This document shows positions 24,567-38,689 of a stretch of 64,000 nt of DNA, in pieces. A program made the translations under genes and the position numbers. Within the stretch, counting starts at the first letter, position 1, and every line of letters begins with the position of its first letter. The notes under the pieces are model-generated. The model was not told the origin of the DNA. It searched no databases and saw nothing but the letters and a program-made list of their open reading frames with translations. This DNA is from Microbotryum violaceum (lineage: Eukaryota), in the NCBI GenBank assembly GCA_001244265.2, contig CDLV01000014.1, positions 372,001 to 436,000 on the forward strand, given 5' to 3'.

Positions 24567-27516
24567 TCACTTGGATGGAGGATCTGTGGCGCAATTAATC
24601 CCGGGGCTCATTTTAGCTTGTAAATTCTCGACCGAGTTGGGCCCGGAGGCAAAAACGCTCACCTTTTCCTTTCCCGATCATGACCCGCTTTCCCTTCGAA
24701 GGAACGTCGTCGGCGAGAATCCAGAGCCAAGCATAGCCTATAGGTAGACCCAGACGCATCAACAGCTGCCTCTACAAGGGTGCAGAGTGGGGTTGAGGGC
24801 TTACCAGGAGGATAATACGTCGGTCCTTGAGGACCTTGAATAGTAATCTTTCCATTATCGGTCGAAATCACCCTCAATTCAACCCAGCGTTGGTTCATGT
24901 GCACGCCATGGGTCGAGTAACCGATATCAATGATGACCGCGCGGATCTTCTTGGTCCCACTTGGGACCTTGTAGGGGAAAGCGTACTTAGCCTTGTATTG
25001 GATCTTCTTGGGTTGACCGGAGAACGTGGGGCGAGACTTGGACATGTAAGGTGGCCGAAGGAATTCGGTGTTGTATCTGTGTGCGTGCCTCGCATGGTCG
25101 GCACTCAGTTACGATCCCCGGATCGAAAGGTCTGTAACAGAACACCCACCTCGTTGCGTAGGTCCTCGTCTCGACCTGTCAAGGAAAGGAGATGAAACAT
25201 TGATGAGATTGACAGAGGGACGCGAATATGACCCTTGCATGCTACGTACCTTGCCGTTGGGGTTGGAACCCGCGATAAAAATCGAGCCATCCGGAACCAG
25301 AGTTGCCGACGAATGGTAGAGTCGTTCGGTCTTGGAAGAAGGGAAGTTGGTACTGAAGCGAGAGCCCGACGCCGCAACAGGGTCGTACAAGGTAGGTCGT
25401 AACCTTGGGTTTCCGGCGTTGCTCAGTCCTGTCATGTTCGCGACATTGCCGTAGCCAGCAACTCCTGTCCCAGCGCCGTTCACCAGCAAGACTGCGCAGT
25501 CCAGTTGAAGGTCAGCGCTTTCCCAATGACGGTCAAACTCGTGGCTTCGGGTGGTCAAGGCTTACCTTTACCATCAGGAGTAAGAATGGCATCCCCCATG
25601 AGACGTGATTCGGGCATCTGCTCAACCTGCCAACCGCCTACAGCCTTTGTCCCACTAATCTTGAGTCGCGCGCACTGAGTCGAGGTCGGGCTCTGAGCGC
25701 TGAGCAACCAAGGTGAGTCGAGGTTCTGGGTCGACCCTCCACAGATCAAGATCTCGGTCGCAAACCCGTTCGCGATCGTCAGGGGAAGAAGCGCTGATGC
25801 ACCTGAGCTCGGGTAGTTTGCGACGACTCCATTGGGGAACTACAAAGAAGAGCAAAATATTCGGTCAAGAGTCGGTCGATGTGATTCAAGGATCTAAGCC
25901 TAAGTCGGAGACGTACAGCCGGAAGTCTATATTCTTGATTGTTTACCCAGTCGTATATAGTGTTGATCTTGTTGGCAGCCACGAAGATGTAACCACTGCA
26001 GTCGTTATTTTGTGTCAGCATCCATGGGGTGTCGCACCCATATGCCCATGGCGACTCACGTCTTTGGAAGGGAGAACGAGATGGGAAACAGATTCGAGTT
26101 AAGTGCATCTAAGGTGAGAAAGAGTGGCCGGCGTCAATGAAAGTGTAGCGCTCCAGTTTCAGCCTCGTGAGCGCACCTTGCAAGAATTTGAAAAATATCT
26201 GCTTTCCATTTCCCTTGGGAGGAAAGAACTCGATCGTTGGATTGTCAATGTCGGGAGCATTGTTGTAACCACCCCTGATGCATCCTCCAATGATGATGAC
26301 GGAGCCATCATGCAAGCGCACGGTCGAAGGGTACCATCTCTTGGACGTCAAGCGGACCGTTTTGGGGAACTCCTGGACCTGACAGTTGCCCCCGTTGCAT
26401 GGAGTGAACATCCGAATGGCAGCGATACCGTTCGCAGTCGCATTGTTCGCAGCGTGCTCGATGGGATTGCCGCCGACGCTGATCAATGTGCCGTTGCTGA
26501 GCCAACCGCCTCCGGCACTGGGTGATCCAAAGCGGGCGAGTCAGATCCCGGTCGACGACTAAGTGGAAGCCACGCGGGAGCGCTGGGGAATATCTGCCTT
26601 GTCACAGCACAAAGCTTACCAGAATGAGTTCGTGAGAAGGTTGAGCGCTCGAGATTTTCCGGTGCTGATCGTGTAAATTTGACCCCACGCACTGTGGCCG
26701 TTGACTTGAAGCGGGTTGTTCTCGGCCTTGTCGAAGCTATGGCCGTAACTCTGTTTAGCAAGCAGGAGAGGGCCGGGGGAAGAGCTTGCCAGTCCCTAGC
26801 AGCAGAGTCTGCTTACACTACGAGAGCAAGATATCAACATCAGCTGGGACGCTCATGACACCCGCTTGCGATGCTTTGACTTACTCTGATGATGGTTCGA
26901 TCCGATGTGCCGTATGTGCAGACAGCGGGGAGCCAATTGGTCAGAGTTTTCGCGGGAGCGTGATGGGTAGGGGTTTACTCACAAGTAGCTCGTCGTCACT
27001 GACGACACTGACTTGCACTGTGAAGACAAACAATTTTGGACGTCTCAGGTCAGTTCCTGGGCACGAGCCCCAGCACATTTCATGATCCGCGATGATGCTG
27101 GAGGCTTGAAGCTTCAGGCCGGGTCTCGGCGAGAACGTCTCCCACAGGAGCCAACCGCACTCACTACCGCCGATACCAAGTTTCTTCCCATTCTTGAAAG
27201 ACGAAGGCCCGGACCAAGCCTTGCCAAGAGCACGCTTGTGGCGCACAAACCTCCTGCGGTGGCTGCGGAGCTGGAGCCCTGTCGATTCGGGCTTGACGTC
27301 GCGCTCGATCGTCAACGAGTGGCGCTCCACGCTCGTGTGAGAGTCGTGCGACGGAGCAAGCACTCTACCGCCAAGGGAAGCCAACGCATCCGAGTGAGTG
27401 AACGCAAGGACATCACCACCGAGTGTAGACGTAAGGAGAAGCAATGTAGCCAGGGTCTGAAGGAGGAGGCGATGCACTGGGCTGCACGGACGCCGAGATT
27501 GGACCGAGGTGAGCAT
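24567..27516 (-). CDS. Secreted copper radical oxidase / glyoxal oxidase (CAZy AA5_1), many exons
   Basis: Hydrophobic signal-like N-terminus; all five active-site residues present: NSFC|AGG (Cys), RWYPS (Tyr), RLYHSSATL (Tyr, His), GYSTHG (His); also FDKAENNPL, NLFP, ILICGG, RLMGD, PPGY. Confidence 0.92.
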
Positions 27517-27912
27517 GAAAGGGAGCGTGCGAGCAGCGCTGAGTGGCAGATGGATGAACGAGTGTGGGGGCGCAAAAGACGAGTGCGGGTTGGGATCCCA
27601 ACGGAGAGAAAAGAATGAGAAGGAGCGACGAAGGTGGGAGAGAAGGAACCAGGATGAAGACAAGGTATATATGGAAAGAAAGGAACACATTTGTCGGCTT
27701 ATGCCGCAGGTGCACTGTCTCACCCGGATCGCGAACTCAACGACTCGCTCAAGGGGCCTGAGCACCTCCGCCGCGGCTGCGCGCTTCTAGCGGCGGCCCG
27801 AGCGCACTCGCTCGATCGCGAAGTCAACTGAACCAACGTCAAGTCCTTCTTCTCGGTCGCACCATCTCACCTTCGCCGCCTACTGCTGGGCTCTTCAATC
27901 GACGCTCCAAAC

Positions 27913-30900
27913 ATGGCGACAGTGAGTCCACTCTAGGATGAACCCAGTGCTTCTCATCGTCCTCACTAAATCCCCTGATCTCCCACTGCCTGCACTTGCA
28001 ATGCCTTTCCGAAGCGGGTGCGACCGACTGCCGCAACCACTGCGAACAGAGCACCAATAGTCGGAGCAGCCCAGCAAGTCGACGAGAACCTCGCCACGAC
28101 GACCTACACCTCTAGTTTAACCCACATCTCTCAACTCTTACGCACTGGCATCAGTTGCGTTACCTTTCTCCGAGGCATCTTCGAAGACGTCAGTCACATT
28201 CTCGTCGCACACCGAGCCTCACGCTCTTCCCGTCCGGAGATGACGCTGAACAGGAGCTAAGTCTCCTTTTCGGTCTCGGCTCGCAGGACAACTTTGTCAA
28301 TGCAGCGATCAGAACTCCCAGTGTTCCTGTCTCTGATACGAACCCTGCTGCGACGTCCAAGGCGTTGGAGGAGAAAAAATCTCAACCTTCGACCGTCAAG
28401 GTCAAGTCACTCATTAGGGGCGCCAGTCGCGAGGCTGACTTGCTCCTCGACTACCTGGTGCGTATCCTTAATATCAGAGTGCTCCACCTATATTTACTTA
28501 CTCAAGCGATCATACGCACAGGATTCGGTCGATGCCGCTTTCAAGCTCGGTTACGTCGAACGTCTCGGTGGGTGACAAAGCTCTTCAGCAGGCTAGGCAA
28601 GACCATGTCTCCTCAGTGTGCAGCTGTCCTTCACAGTGCTCGCCATTTTTCACGATCCCGAAGAGCCCGATAACATCGTTGAAGCTTACACCTTCAGCTT
28701 CGACTACGAGGCAGACGCTGACGGGAAACAGGTGCTGTCTTCTGATCCTCAGGGGCTCCATCGGATTCAGCTGCGATACTCACGTCTTGCTTCCTGCCGC
28801 GCCGCAGCGTATCGCTATGACCCTGCCGGACCAGTGGACCGGTACAGGCAAAGGTGGTCAATCATCAAGCTTGAGTGAAGGAGATGTTAAGCGCCAAATC
28901 CAAAAGTTGATCAAGAAGTGAGCCACCCTATAAAATGACATCGATCAGCGCATGGAGAAAGCTCACCTGCGGTCTTGAGCAGTTTGCTTATGAGCACCCA
29001 AGCGTTGGATGAGCTTCCCCGACGTCGGTACATCGACATGCGGCTCTACTTCACTGAAAACGCACCAGACGACTACGAGCCTGCCCTCTTCCAGCCGATA
29101 CCTCCCGATGAAGGGCAACTCCGCATAACCACGCCCAGGCTCGAAGACCGGCCCGACGTTGCCGAGCTGGGAGATATCTCGACTGGGTTTCACAACCTTT
29201 CCTGTCACTACATCTCGATCGCCCATCTACTTAATACAGTGTTTGACGACAAGATAACCCACGAAGAGGCCCTCGCCAGGAACCGTCGCGATGCCCAAAG
29301 CAGGAACGTCGAGTGGGATGGCGAGAGCCTAGCGCTGTCCATCACGTCGGCAGACTCGAACCTCAAGCCGATGGACCCAGTCGGTGTTCGGGACAACGAT
29401 GGCAACATCCTGACTGTCGAAGACATTTGTGCTCGTCAAGATCCTCAGACCAAACAGCTCAGACTCAAGGTCGGGCTCGAAGGCACAGGAGCGACCGTCA
29501 TTCGGACCGAGGACCACTTCGAGCCGTCGATCCAGGATTCGAACATTTCGGATTCGGCAGCGCTGCAGAAAGAGGTCAGTTCCGAGTTCCACAAGTCGAT
29601 CAACTGACCTCATCAGCTAAATATAATTATGTTAAAGATTGATCGTATCAAGAACCGAGGCGGCGACGCTCAACTGCTGGAGATTACCCAGCCCCAACCC
29701 AATCATCCACCGGCGTTGATAGAAGAACTTCACGGCTTTCAGGATCTACAGATGTCGTTCAGCCAGGGTGGGTCCCAAATGGACCACGTGGAAGAAGATG
29801 TGGTGATGTAAGCTATTGATGGCGCTCCATTACGTGATGCACCAGCAGATTCCCATCACGGAGGGGCGGAAACAAAGGTCGAAGAACCGAGGTGAGAGTG
29901 CGGATCACAAATAGCTTCGAGAGGGTAGAGCTGAGTCCTAGGTAGACGATGACTTTTATAGAAGCAATGTACGTCAAGACGCATTACAAGCAGGATTTCC
30001 ACTTCCATCGGAGCAAGCACCCCGGATCGTGGTGGCCTTCGAAAACGGAACGAATTCAGCGCATCAGAATGTTCCAGCTCGTGGTCGCACTTCGCAAACG
30101 AGCTCCGCACTTGCCGAGGTGATGAACAGATGTGACTGTGGTATGCCTTGGATCTATGGATCTATCGATCTTCATTCTGGTCTGATGAATTCGACGCTCG
30201 ACGTTGCAGGTTGCTTGCTGAATACCACAGAAGGCGCTTTCCGCTGCTCCGGTACGTGATGAAATGTTTTTGCTCGGAACAGCTCTCTGATCACGAACTT
30301 GGGGTTTCACTGCTGCAGTCTGTCAAATCAGCAAGCACTTCTCGTGTTATGGGTGAAGATATAATTTTGCTCTAAGATGAAGGTTCACTTGACTTCTGAT
30401 CACTTATCGATTACCGTTCAAACAGGTTCGCCACTCGTCCACATGCCGCGGTACTTAGGAACCTGATTTGCTACGCGTGCCGAACGGCCGATGTCACGGG
30501 ACTTCGATCTCATGAATTCATGCTCAATTTTCATGAGCTGGCCAAATTCCGACGAGGTACGTAAATTTCAGCAAAACAGGTGCCTTGGGCTTTGAAACTA
30601 ATTTAGGACGAATGCCGTACAGCCATCGAGGTACTCTGGAATGACGGAGTGCCTCTGGTCAGCGAGCTTGGCGCACGCCTAGGGACCGATCGCCAAGATG
30701 CCGCAGCCATCATCCAACGATTGCGATGCGAGAATTTCATCGTTGAAGAAAAATCTCAGCCAAAAGAGGAACCAGTTGCGAAAGGTCGTGGGCGGGGTCG
30801 AGGGCGTCCGCGAGGCCGAGGAGCTCCCCGTGGTGGAGGAGCTACCCGCGGTCGTGGGGCTGCAAGCAACGGGAGTGGGTCGACGCAAAAAGTCGATGTT

Positions 30901-31646
30901 GTCAATCGGTAAGCCAGAGTGGGCGTTCGTGTATCGAGTTTGACCGAGCTGGGATGATCTAAATCTCTTCAACAGATCTCCGGAACAAAGCCGGTACAAA
31001 AAGGTGAAGTACTTCACCCCCGGTCAAGGGGCTGAGCTACCGATTCTCGAGTTGCTGTCTCGTGAAGCGAAGCTGGTGGTCGTCAACCAGAGGCGTGCGC
31101 CGGTAAGCTAACCTGCACTGGCGTCTAATATCCAATAGCCGACTAGCCCTGACCCAGCTATAATACCTTTATGTTGTCCAGGAGAACGAAATACGACCCC
31201 CTCCCCACAATGGCCACGCCTCCCCCGCATCGACCGATTCCATCATCCAAACCCAACCCCAATCTGCTGCGCAAACGGTCAACTCTCAAGTCGTCAACGC
31301 TCCAGATCTTGCTCAAGCCTCCGCATCGACCATCGTCCCCGATACACCTGAGACCTCTCAAGTTCTGCCTAAACCTTCGAGGACGGGTCAGTTCGCCGAC
31401 GAGATCCAGTCATCAGAGATGGAGATTACGGATTCGCTCGGATCCGCTCCTTCTACCTTCGAGGAAACGTCTGCATTCCCGAAGCGAGCGGCTCCGATTG
31501 CCCAGGAAGCCTTGTCAGAGAAAGCCAAGGGAAAACGTAAAGCCGAGGAGGAGGTACCACAAGGAGGCGAAAATGATGGTACCCTGAAACTGCCGCTACA
31601 GAGGAAGGTCAAGAGGAGTCGAGCGATCGAAGCGCTGGAAGTTTGA
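27913..31646 (+). CDS. HOP1: Meiotic HORMA-domain protein with PHD finger (Hop1/HORMAD)
   Basis: ATGGCGACA|gtgagt first exon; GISCVTFLRGIFED, LLDYL, IVEAYTFSFDY, LDELPRRRYIDMRLYFTENAPDDYEP (HORMA); spliced CDC...C..C...HFSCYG...CYAC (PHD); basic C-terminal KVKRSR. Confidence 0.85.
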
Positions 31647-31847
31647 GGGGTTCAACAGGAAGGGCAAGTTTTGCATTTGCACAGGAAGAGGCCAATGAAT
31701 CGACATGTATCTACTTCTCCACTCTCCACATGTATATCTACTTCTCCGCGTGGTTCAGTTGATACACTTGTAGTCATCTTTCAATCACACGCTATTCAGC
31801 ATCTCAACCTCGTTACACATGATTTCGTCGCACACGAATCGTGCATC

Positions 31848-34326
31848 CTACGCAATGCCTTGCCACCCCAACGCTGTCCCCCACCTCCACATCCTCTCAA
31901 CCATCTTAGCCCTCTTTTCCGGTTTGGCCCTAGCTCCTTCATCTTCAATCGCCCTCACATCCTCCAAGAACGCCTGCCTCAACTGCGTATCCCGACTAGG
32001 GAAGATGCCCCTCTTGGCGTAATTCCTCAGGTTCGCCAAACACAACAAGACCAAACCCTGCGTCAACTTTTCCTTTTCACCGATTCGATCACCCTTAGAG
32101 ATTTTGGTCGGCGCCTCTATATCCCTAGGAGGCGCCAACAACAAATCCAACTGCCTCGTACTCAACCAACACCTCTTACCCCACTCCTTTCTCCTCTTCT
32201 TACTACTCCCATCCCTTCTCGTAAAACCCTTGATCCAGTTACCGAACGCGAAAAGGACGAGGATCGAAGGTGCAACACCTACGAATCCAAAGGTGAGTTG
32301 TTGGGAGCGGAGCATTTTTTCGATACCATCCATGGCGAGGGCGACGTCGACTTTGACTTTTTGCACTTGGATTAGGAGGGTGCGGATCAAGGAGCCGGAG
32401 ATAGCGGATCGGAGGGGGGACTTTGGGGCGTTGGGGAATAGAGTGAAGGTGTCGGGATCAGCTTGGGGTCAGCATCTAAGGCTGTAAAGGTATGACTCAC
32501 TTTGAGATCATGTTCGAACGCTTTCAAAACGGGTGTCAAATCCCCCGCTCGAACCTTATCCCTCAAATCAACCAATTGCGCCTCCGAAAGCTTGTACTCG
32601 TCCCTCCCGAAATCAATCACCATCCTCTCCAAACTCTGAGCGCTCGACACAAATGGACCCCGACTAATCAGCCTCATCGATCAACACCCCAAAAACAACA
32701 AGAGGCCTTGCCTCCTCAGCTAGAACTCACATCCAAATCACTCTTCAACGTCTCCTTGCCCGTCAAACTCATGCCTCCTTCACCCCGCACGGTCTCAAAG
32801 ATGCCCTTGACAGGTTCCAAAACCCAATCCATGATGAACCTTTGGACCGTATCAACCGCGTCCCTAGCGTAGTGCAGCAAATCGTGGCGCGAATTGTAGA
32901 TCGTTCGGCCGATACCGTAAGAGACGAGAGGGACGGCGAGGAGGTAGGGCCAGGCGCGGGTGAGGAAGGGGGGTCGGGAGACTTGCTCGAGTTGGGTTTC
33001 GAGCGTCTTGGCTTGGGCGACCATCGTTCTCGTGAGGAGGGTGTGTAACACTCGAGCACATTCTTGCGCTGATGATGGCTTGCTCGCTTCGGGTGGGGAT
33101 GGCAGGTTCGAGGAAGAATTGGGCGAGGTCGCGATTGCTGACGTGAGATGAACCAAGGTGGTCCAACATGCATCCTTGAGCGCGTTCAACGTCGCAGGTT
33201 CTTGATCCGTCATCGTCAACACAGCCGGTAGAGTCCTCTCGGAACGATTCTTGCCGTCATCGTCGTTCGCTTTTTGTGGCTCTTGGTGATCTCCATCAAT
33301 CAAAGGCTGAGGCGCCAATGTCAATTCGCCAATGCTGATGGCCAGACTTTGCCTCGTCTGACGAATCGTCTTGCGGCGATGAAAGATCTCTTGCTTCGTC
33401 AAAGCCAACGGGGAGAGCGTGAGGAAGAACAAGGAGCGGGTCGTCTTTTTGGCCAGTCGAGTGGCATGGGAGAAGGAGACGCCCCCACTTGAGGTGACGG
33501 CCAGAGTCGAGTCGTCGTTTTCAAATGGATCGAGAACATCCGTTGGGGAAGCTACACCCGTCGAGGTGGCAAGGTGAGGGAAGATGGCGGTGACGAGGAG
33601 CGAAGGGGGAAGAGCGTCTCGGTAGGTCGACCAAGAGAGATAGGACGGCGCAGGTCGACTCGAGTGCAGGGCGGTGGTGGTGAGATCGCGCAGTCGGGTC
33701 ACCAACGTCATGGAGAGCGAGACCAGCCTCGATGGGGTAGCTGTTGGTGGAGGAAGTGCGTCAGTCGGGGAGTGCTTTGCAAGTTGCTCTGCGCGAGAGA
33801 GCTCACTCTGCAACAAGTACCATCCCTGATCCCAAGCATCGGTTTCTCTGCCGGCCCACCACTCGTCCTCTTGGGCAAGGTCACTCGCCTGCTGCATCAG
33901 TTGCTTGAGCACCAGACCATAGGCCGAGATGGTCATATGCGCGAGAGTAACATATTCGATCGACTGTAGCTGGTTCGATGATTGTGCCTGAGCTTGAAGG
34001 GAGGGCCGATCATTCGAAGAGGTTGATAACGATGACGATGACGATGACGATGGGAAGGCCTGATCGAGCAACGAGGCGAGCTCGAACGACGAAGCGGGGT
34101 GGGAAGGATGCAGTTTGGCTAGGATGGACCGCAAGGAGGAGGCACGATCATGGATCACCTGAGCACGGCTTGCAATTCCATCCACGGCTGTGGGCTGGGA
34201 AGCTACAGGTGGTGTGGGTGACGAGGACGAGTCGAGTTCGGACTCATCGGCGGCTTCGAGAAGAAGAGGGGTCAGACTTGACAGGGAAGAGCCGAGTGAA
34301 GCGGCCAAGTCACTGGCGTAGGTCAT
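31848..34326 (-). CDS. NCA2: Nuclear control of ATPase protein 2 (mitochondrial outer membrane)
   Basis: RPPFLTRAWP, FIMDWVLEPVKGIFETVR, LKSDLD|SLERMVIDF, LIRTLLIQVQKVKVDVALAMDGIEKMLRSQQLTFGFVGVAP. Confidence 0.9.
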
Positions 34327-34381
34327 GATGACCGTTTAGGGGGCCTTTGAGCCGCGAGCGAAGGAAAGCCGAGCTGGGCGG

Positions 34382-34474
34382 CCGCGCTGACCGCTGACCG
34401 CGCTGACCGCTGACCGCGCTGACCGCTGACCGCGCTGACCGCTGACCGCGCTGACCGGCTGACTCAGGCTGACC
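34382..34474. repeat. Composite GCTGACC / GCTGACCGC tandem repeat (16-bp period) in the NCA2-GLR1 divergent intergenic region
   Basis: About 11 copies of GCTGAC in alternating 7- and 9-bp units, degenerating into TGACTCA at 34460-34466. Confidence 0.9.
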
Positions 34475-34705
34475 CCCACTTTCAAGTTGAGCGCCGATCG
34501 GTGTGCCACTGAGTGATCTGGCACTGCAGTCGCGGTGGGCCTCATCTCCGAGGGTGGGCGAGTAAACGCACCGCATAGAAGTCTGGCTGATGGCGATATA
34601 GGTTTGGATCTTGCTTGGTCATTTATGATCATGTTGCAGTCGACCACCTCGCCCGAGCTGCTGGCGCTTTTGCGAGTACTATTAATGGCTCGACGTAATT
34701 AGTAG

Positions 34706-36737
<2,032 letters not shown>

Positions 36738-36891
36738 AAAGACTACCACTAACCAAACATAGACTCTGCCGTGGACCTGAATTGTTGGCGCTCTTTTTTA
36801 ATGTAATCCGAATTTCGATACAAGAACTATTCACGACGTTCGCCGAGCCTAGACAAGATGTCGAGTGCAATGATCACTGCACCCTGCCTTC

Positions 36892-38366
36892 TCAAAGCTC
36901 GCCTTCAAAGTCGAGAATGATGGGGACATGATCCGAAGGTCCATAAGCCTCGAGTCGGATCTCGCATGCCTTGACCTTGTCCAAGATCCTTTCCGAGACC
37001 TGCATATTGTGTGAAAGGGATACTTCTTCAGTACCGCTGCTCTGAAGCCGAATAGAGAACAGGAAAAAAAATGCACCACGAAATGATCCAACCTCCACCC
37101 AATCCCTTTGGTCCTACAATCGAACCTCATCGAGAAATACGTATACCACCCCACTTTGTCCGGATGCTTTTGCCTCCAAACATCGACCAACCTCCCCCCT
37201 TTTCCCCCTTCCCCACCTCGCAATTGTCTTTCAAAAGCGTGAATCTCTTCATCCGTACACCCCGCCGATTTATTATGGTTCGTTTTCCAATTCCTTATAT
37301 CCTCAGGCGCAGGAACGACGTTGAGGTCCCCACACCAGATGATGGGTTTGATAGCGTCGAGTTGGTGGAGGTAAAGGGAAAAGTCGTGATTCCATTGCGA
37401 TTTACGAGGAAGGCTTTTCAGGTCCTGCCCGGCGTTGGGGACGTAGGTTCCTATGAGGAAGTGGGAGTTGAATTCGAGGGTGATGCAGCCTAGATAGAAG
37501 AAGAAGAAAAAGGGATGCATGAGATTGAGTGTGCCAGAAAGCAAAATAATGGACCCTTGTTGGACGACTGACGACCCGCTTCGGCAGCTTGATCAGAACT
37601 GGTCGGCAACCCGAACGTGATGGACTTGGGTTCAATCTTGGACAAGATCGCCGTGCCCGAATATCCCTTTTTGCTAGGATCGACTCCCCAATATCGGTAC
37701 TGGTAGTAGAACAAGATCAGAGGCGCAAAGAACGGTTAGTCCCAAGGTCGGGGTGGGGATTCAAGGAAAACTTGCGGGATAATTGTCATTGAGGAAAGCA
37801 AAGTTCGGGTCGGCCATCTTCGTCTCGGTCAAGACGAGGATGTCCGCTGCTTCGGCTCGGATATACCTCTCCATACCCTTGGATGAAGCGCAATGTGGAC
37901 CCCCAAGAAAAAGGAAGAAGAAAAAAAAAAAAAAAAAACAGTCCAAAACACGGACACGACCGAATATTAGGGGTGGACAGCCGAAACTCACCTTGTTCTC
38001 CGCTGCTTTTATACCACAGACATTCCACGCGCTGATCCTAACCTGCCCTTCAGGTCGTTGGGGGTACGGTGGGATCGGGTCGGGCAAGGTCTTGTTCGTA
38101 GGTAAAGTCGGATCGAGCGGTTGGACAGGTCCAGGTTTGGGCTTGGGTGCTTTCGGTTCTTTGGGCGGTTTCGGTTCTTTGACCGTCTTCTTGGACTTTT
38201 TCTTGGAAGGTGCTGCCCCTTGTTCTTCAGCAGAGGAAGAAGGCGAATCGACAGTGGCCTCGCCCAGGGCTGAGAGAGGGGAATGCTCTGGTACGAGTGG
38301 CGGTTCTGGCCGGGTTGGCGACGCGTTGACTGGCACGGGCAACGACTTTCGTTTCCTCGGCGCCAT
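36892..38366 (-). CDS. Exonuclease III / APE1-family AP endonuclease
   Basis: [66 protein letters not shown]-terminal NLS-like MAPRKRK. Confidence 0.93.
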
Positions 38367-38689
38367 GGTTGTGTATTTGGCGTGGAACGACGAAGGAACG
38401 ATGAGAGCGACCACGCTTCTTGGCCCCGGGAACAGCAACGATCGGAGGAGGTGAAGGCGTTGAATCGTGGTCGGATGGTGGTCGAGTGACGTGGAGGAGT
38501 CGAGTTGCCGTGAGCATCGCGCGGGCGCACACGAGATCAGTTGCCGCGTGTGGCGTTGAATACAAACGCGTTCCCTCGTTAATTAATTCATTAGCGATCG
38601 GTCGAGTCGCGCCGACGATCTCTCTCTGTCTCGGCGCACGCCCACCCGCTTCGGCAAGCCCTCCACCCTCCTCCACCCCCCATGAATGC

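Noticed and set aside
33741-33806. Extra peptide segment in the NCA2 ORF (similarly 40959-41030 in the PQ-loop ORF)
   Set aside because: These are stop-free in-frame introns (66 and 72 nt) with canonical signals, not protein insertions
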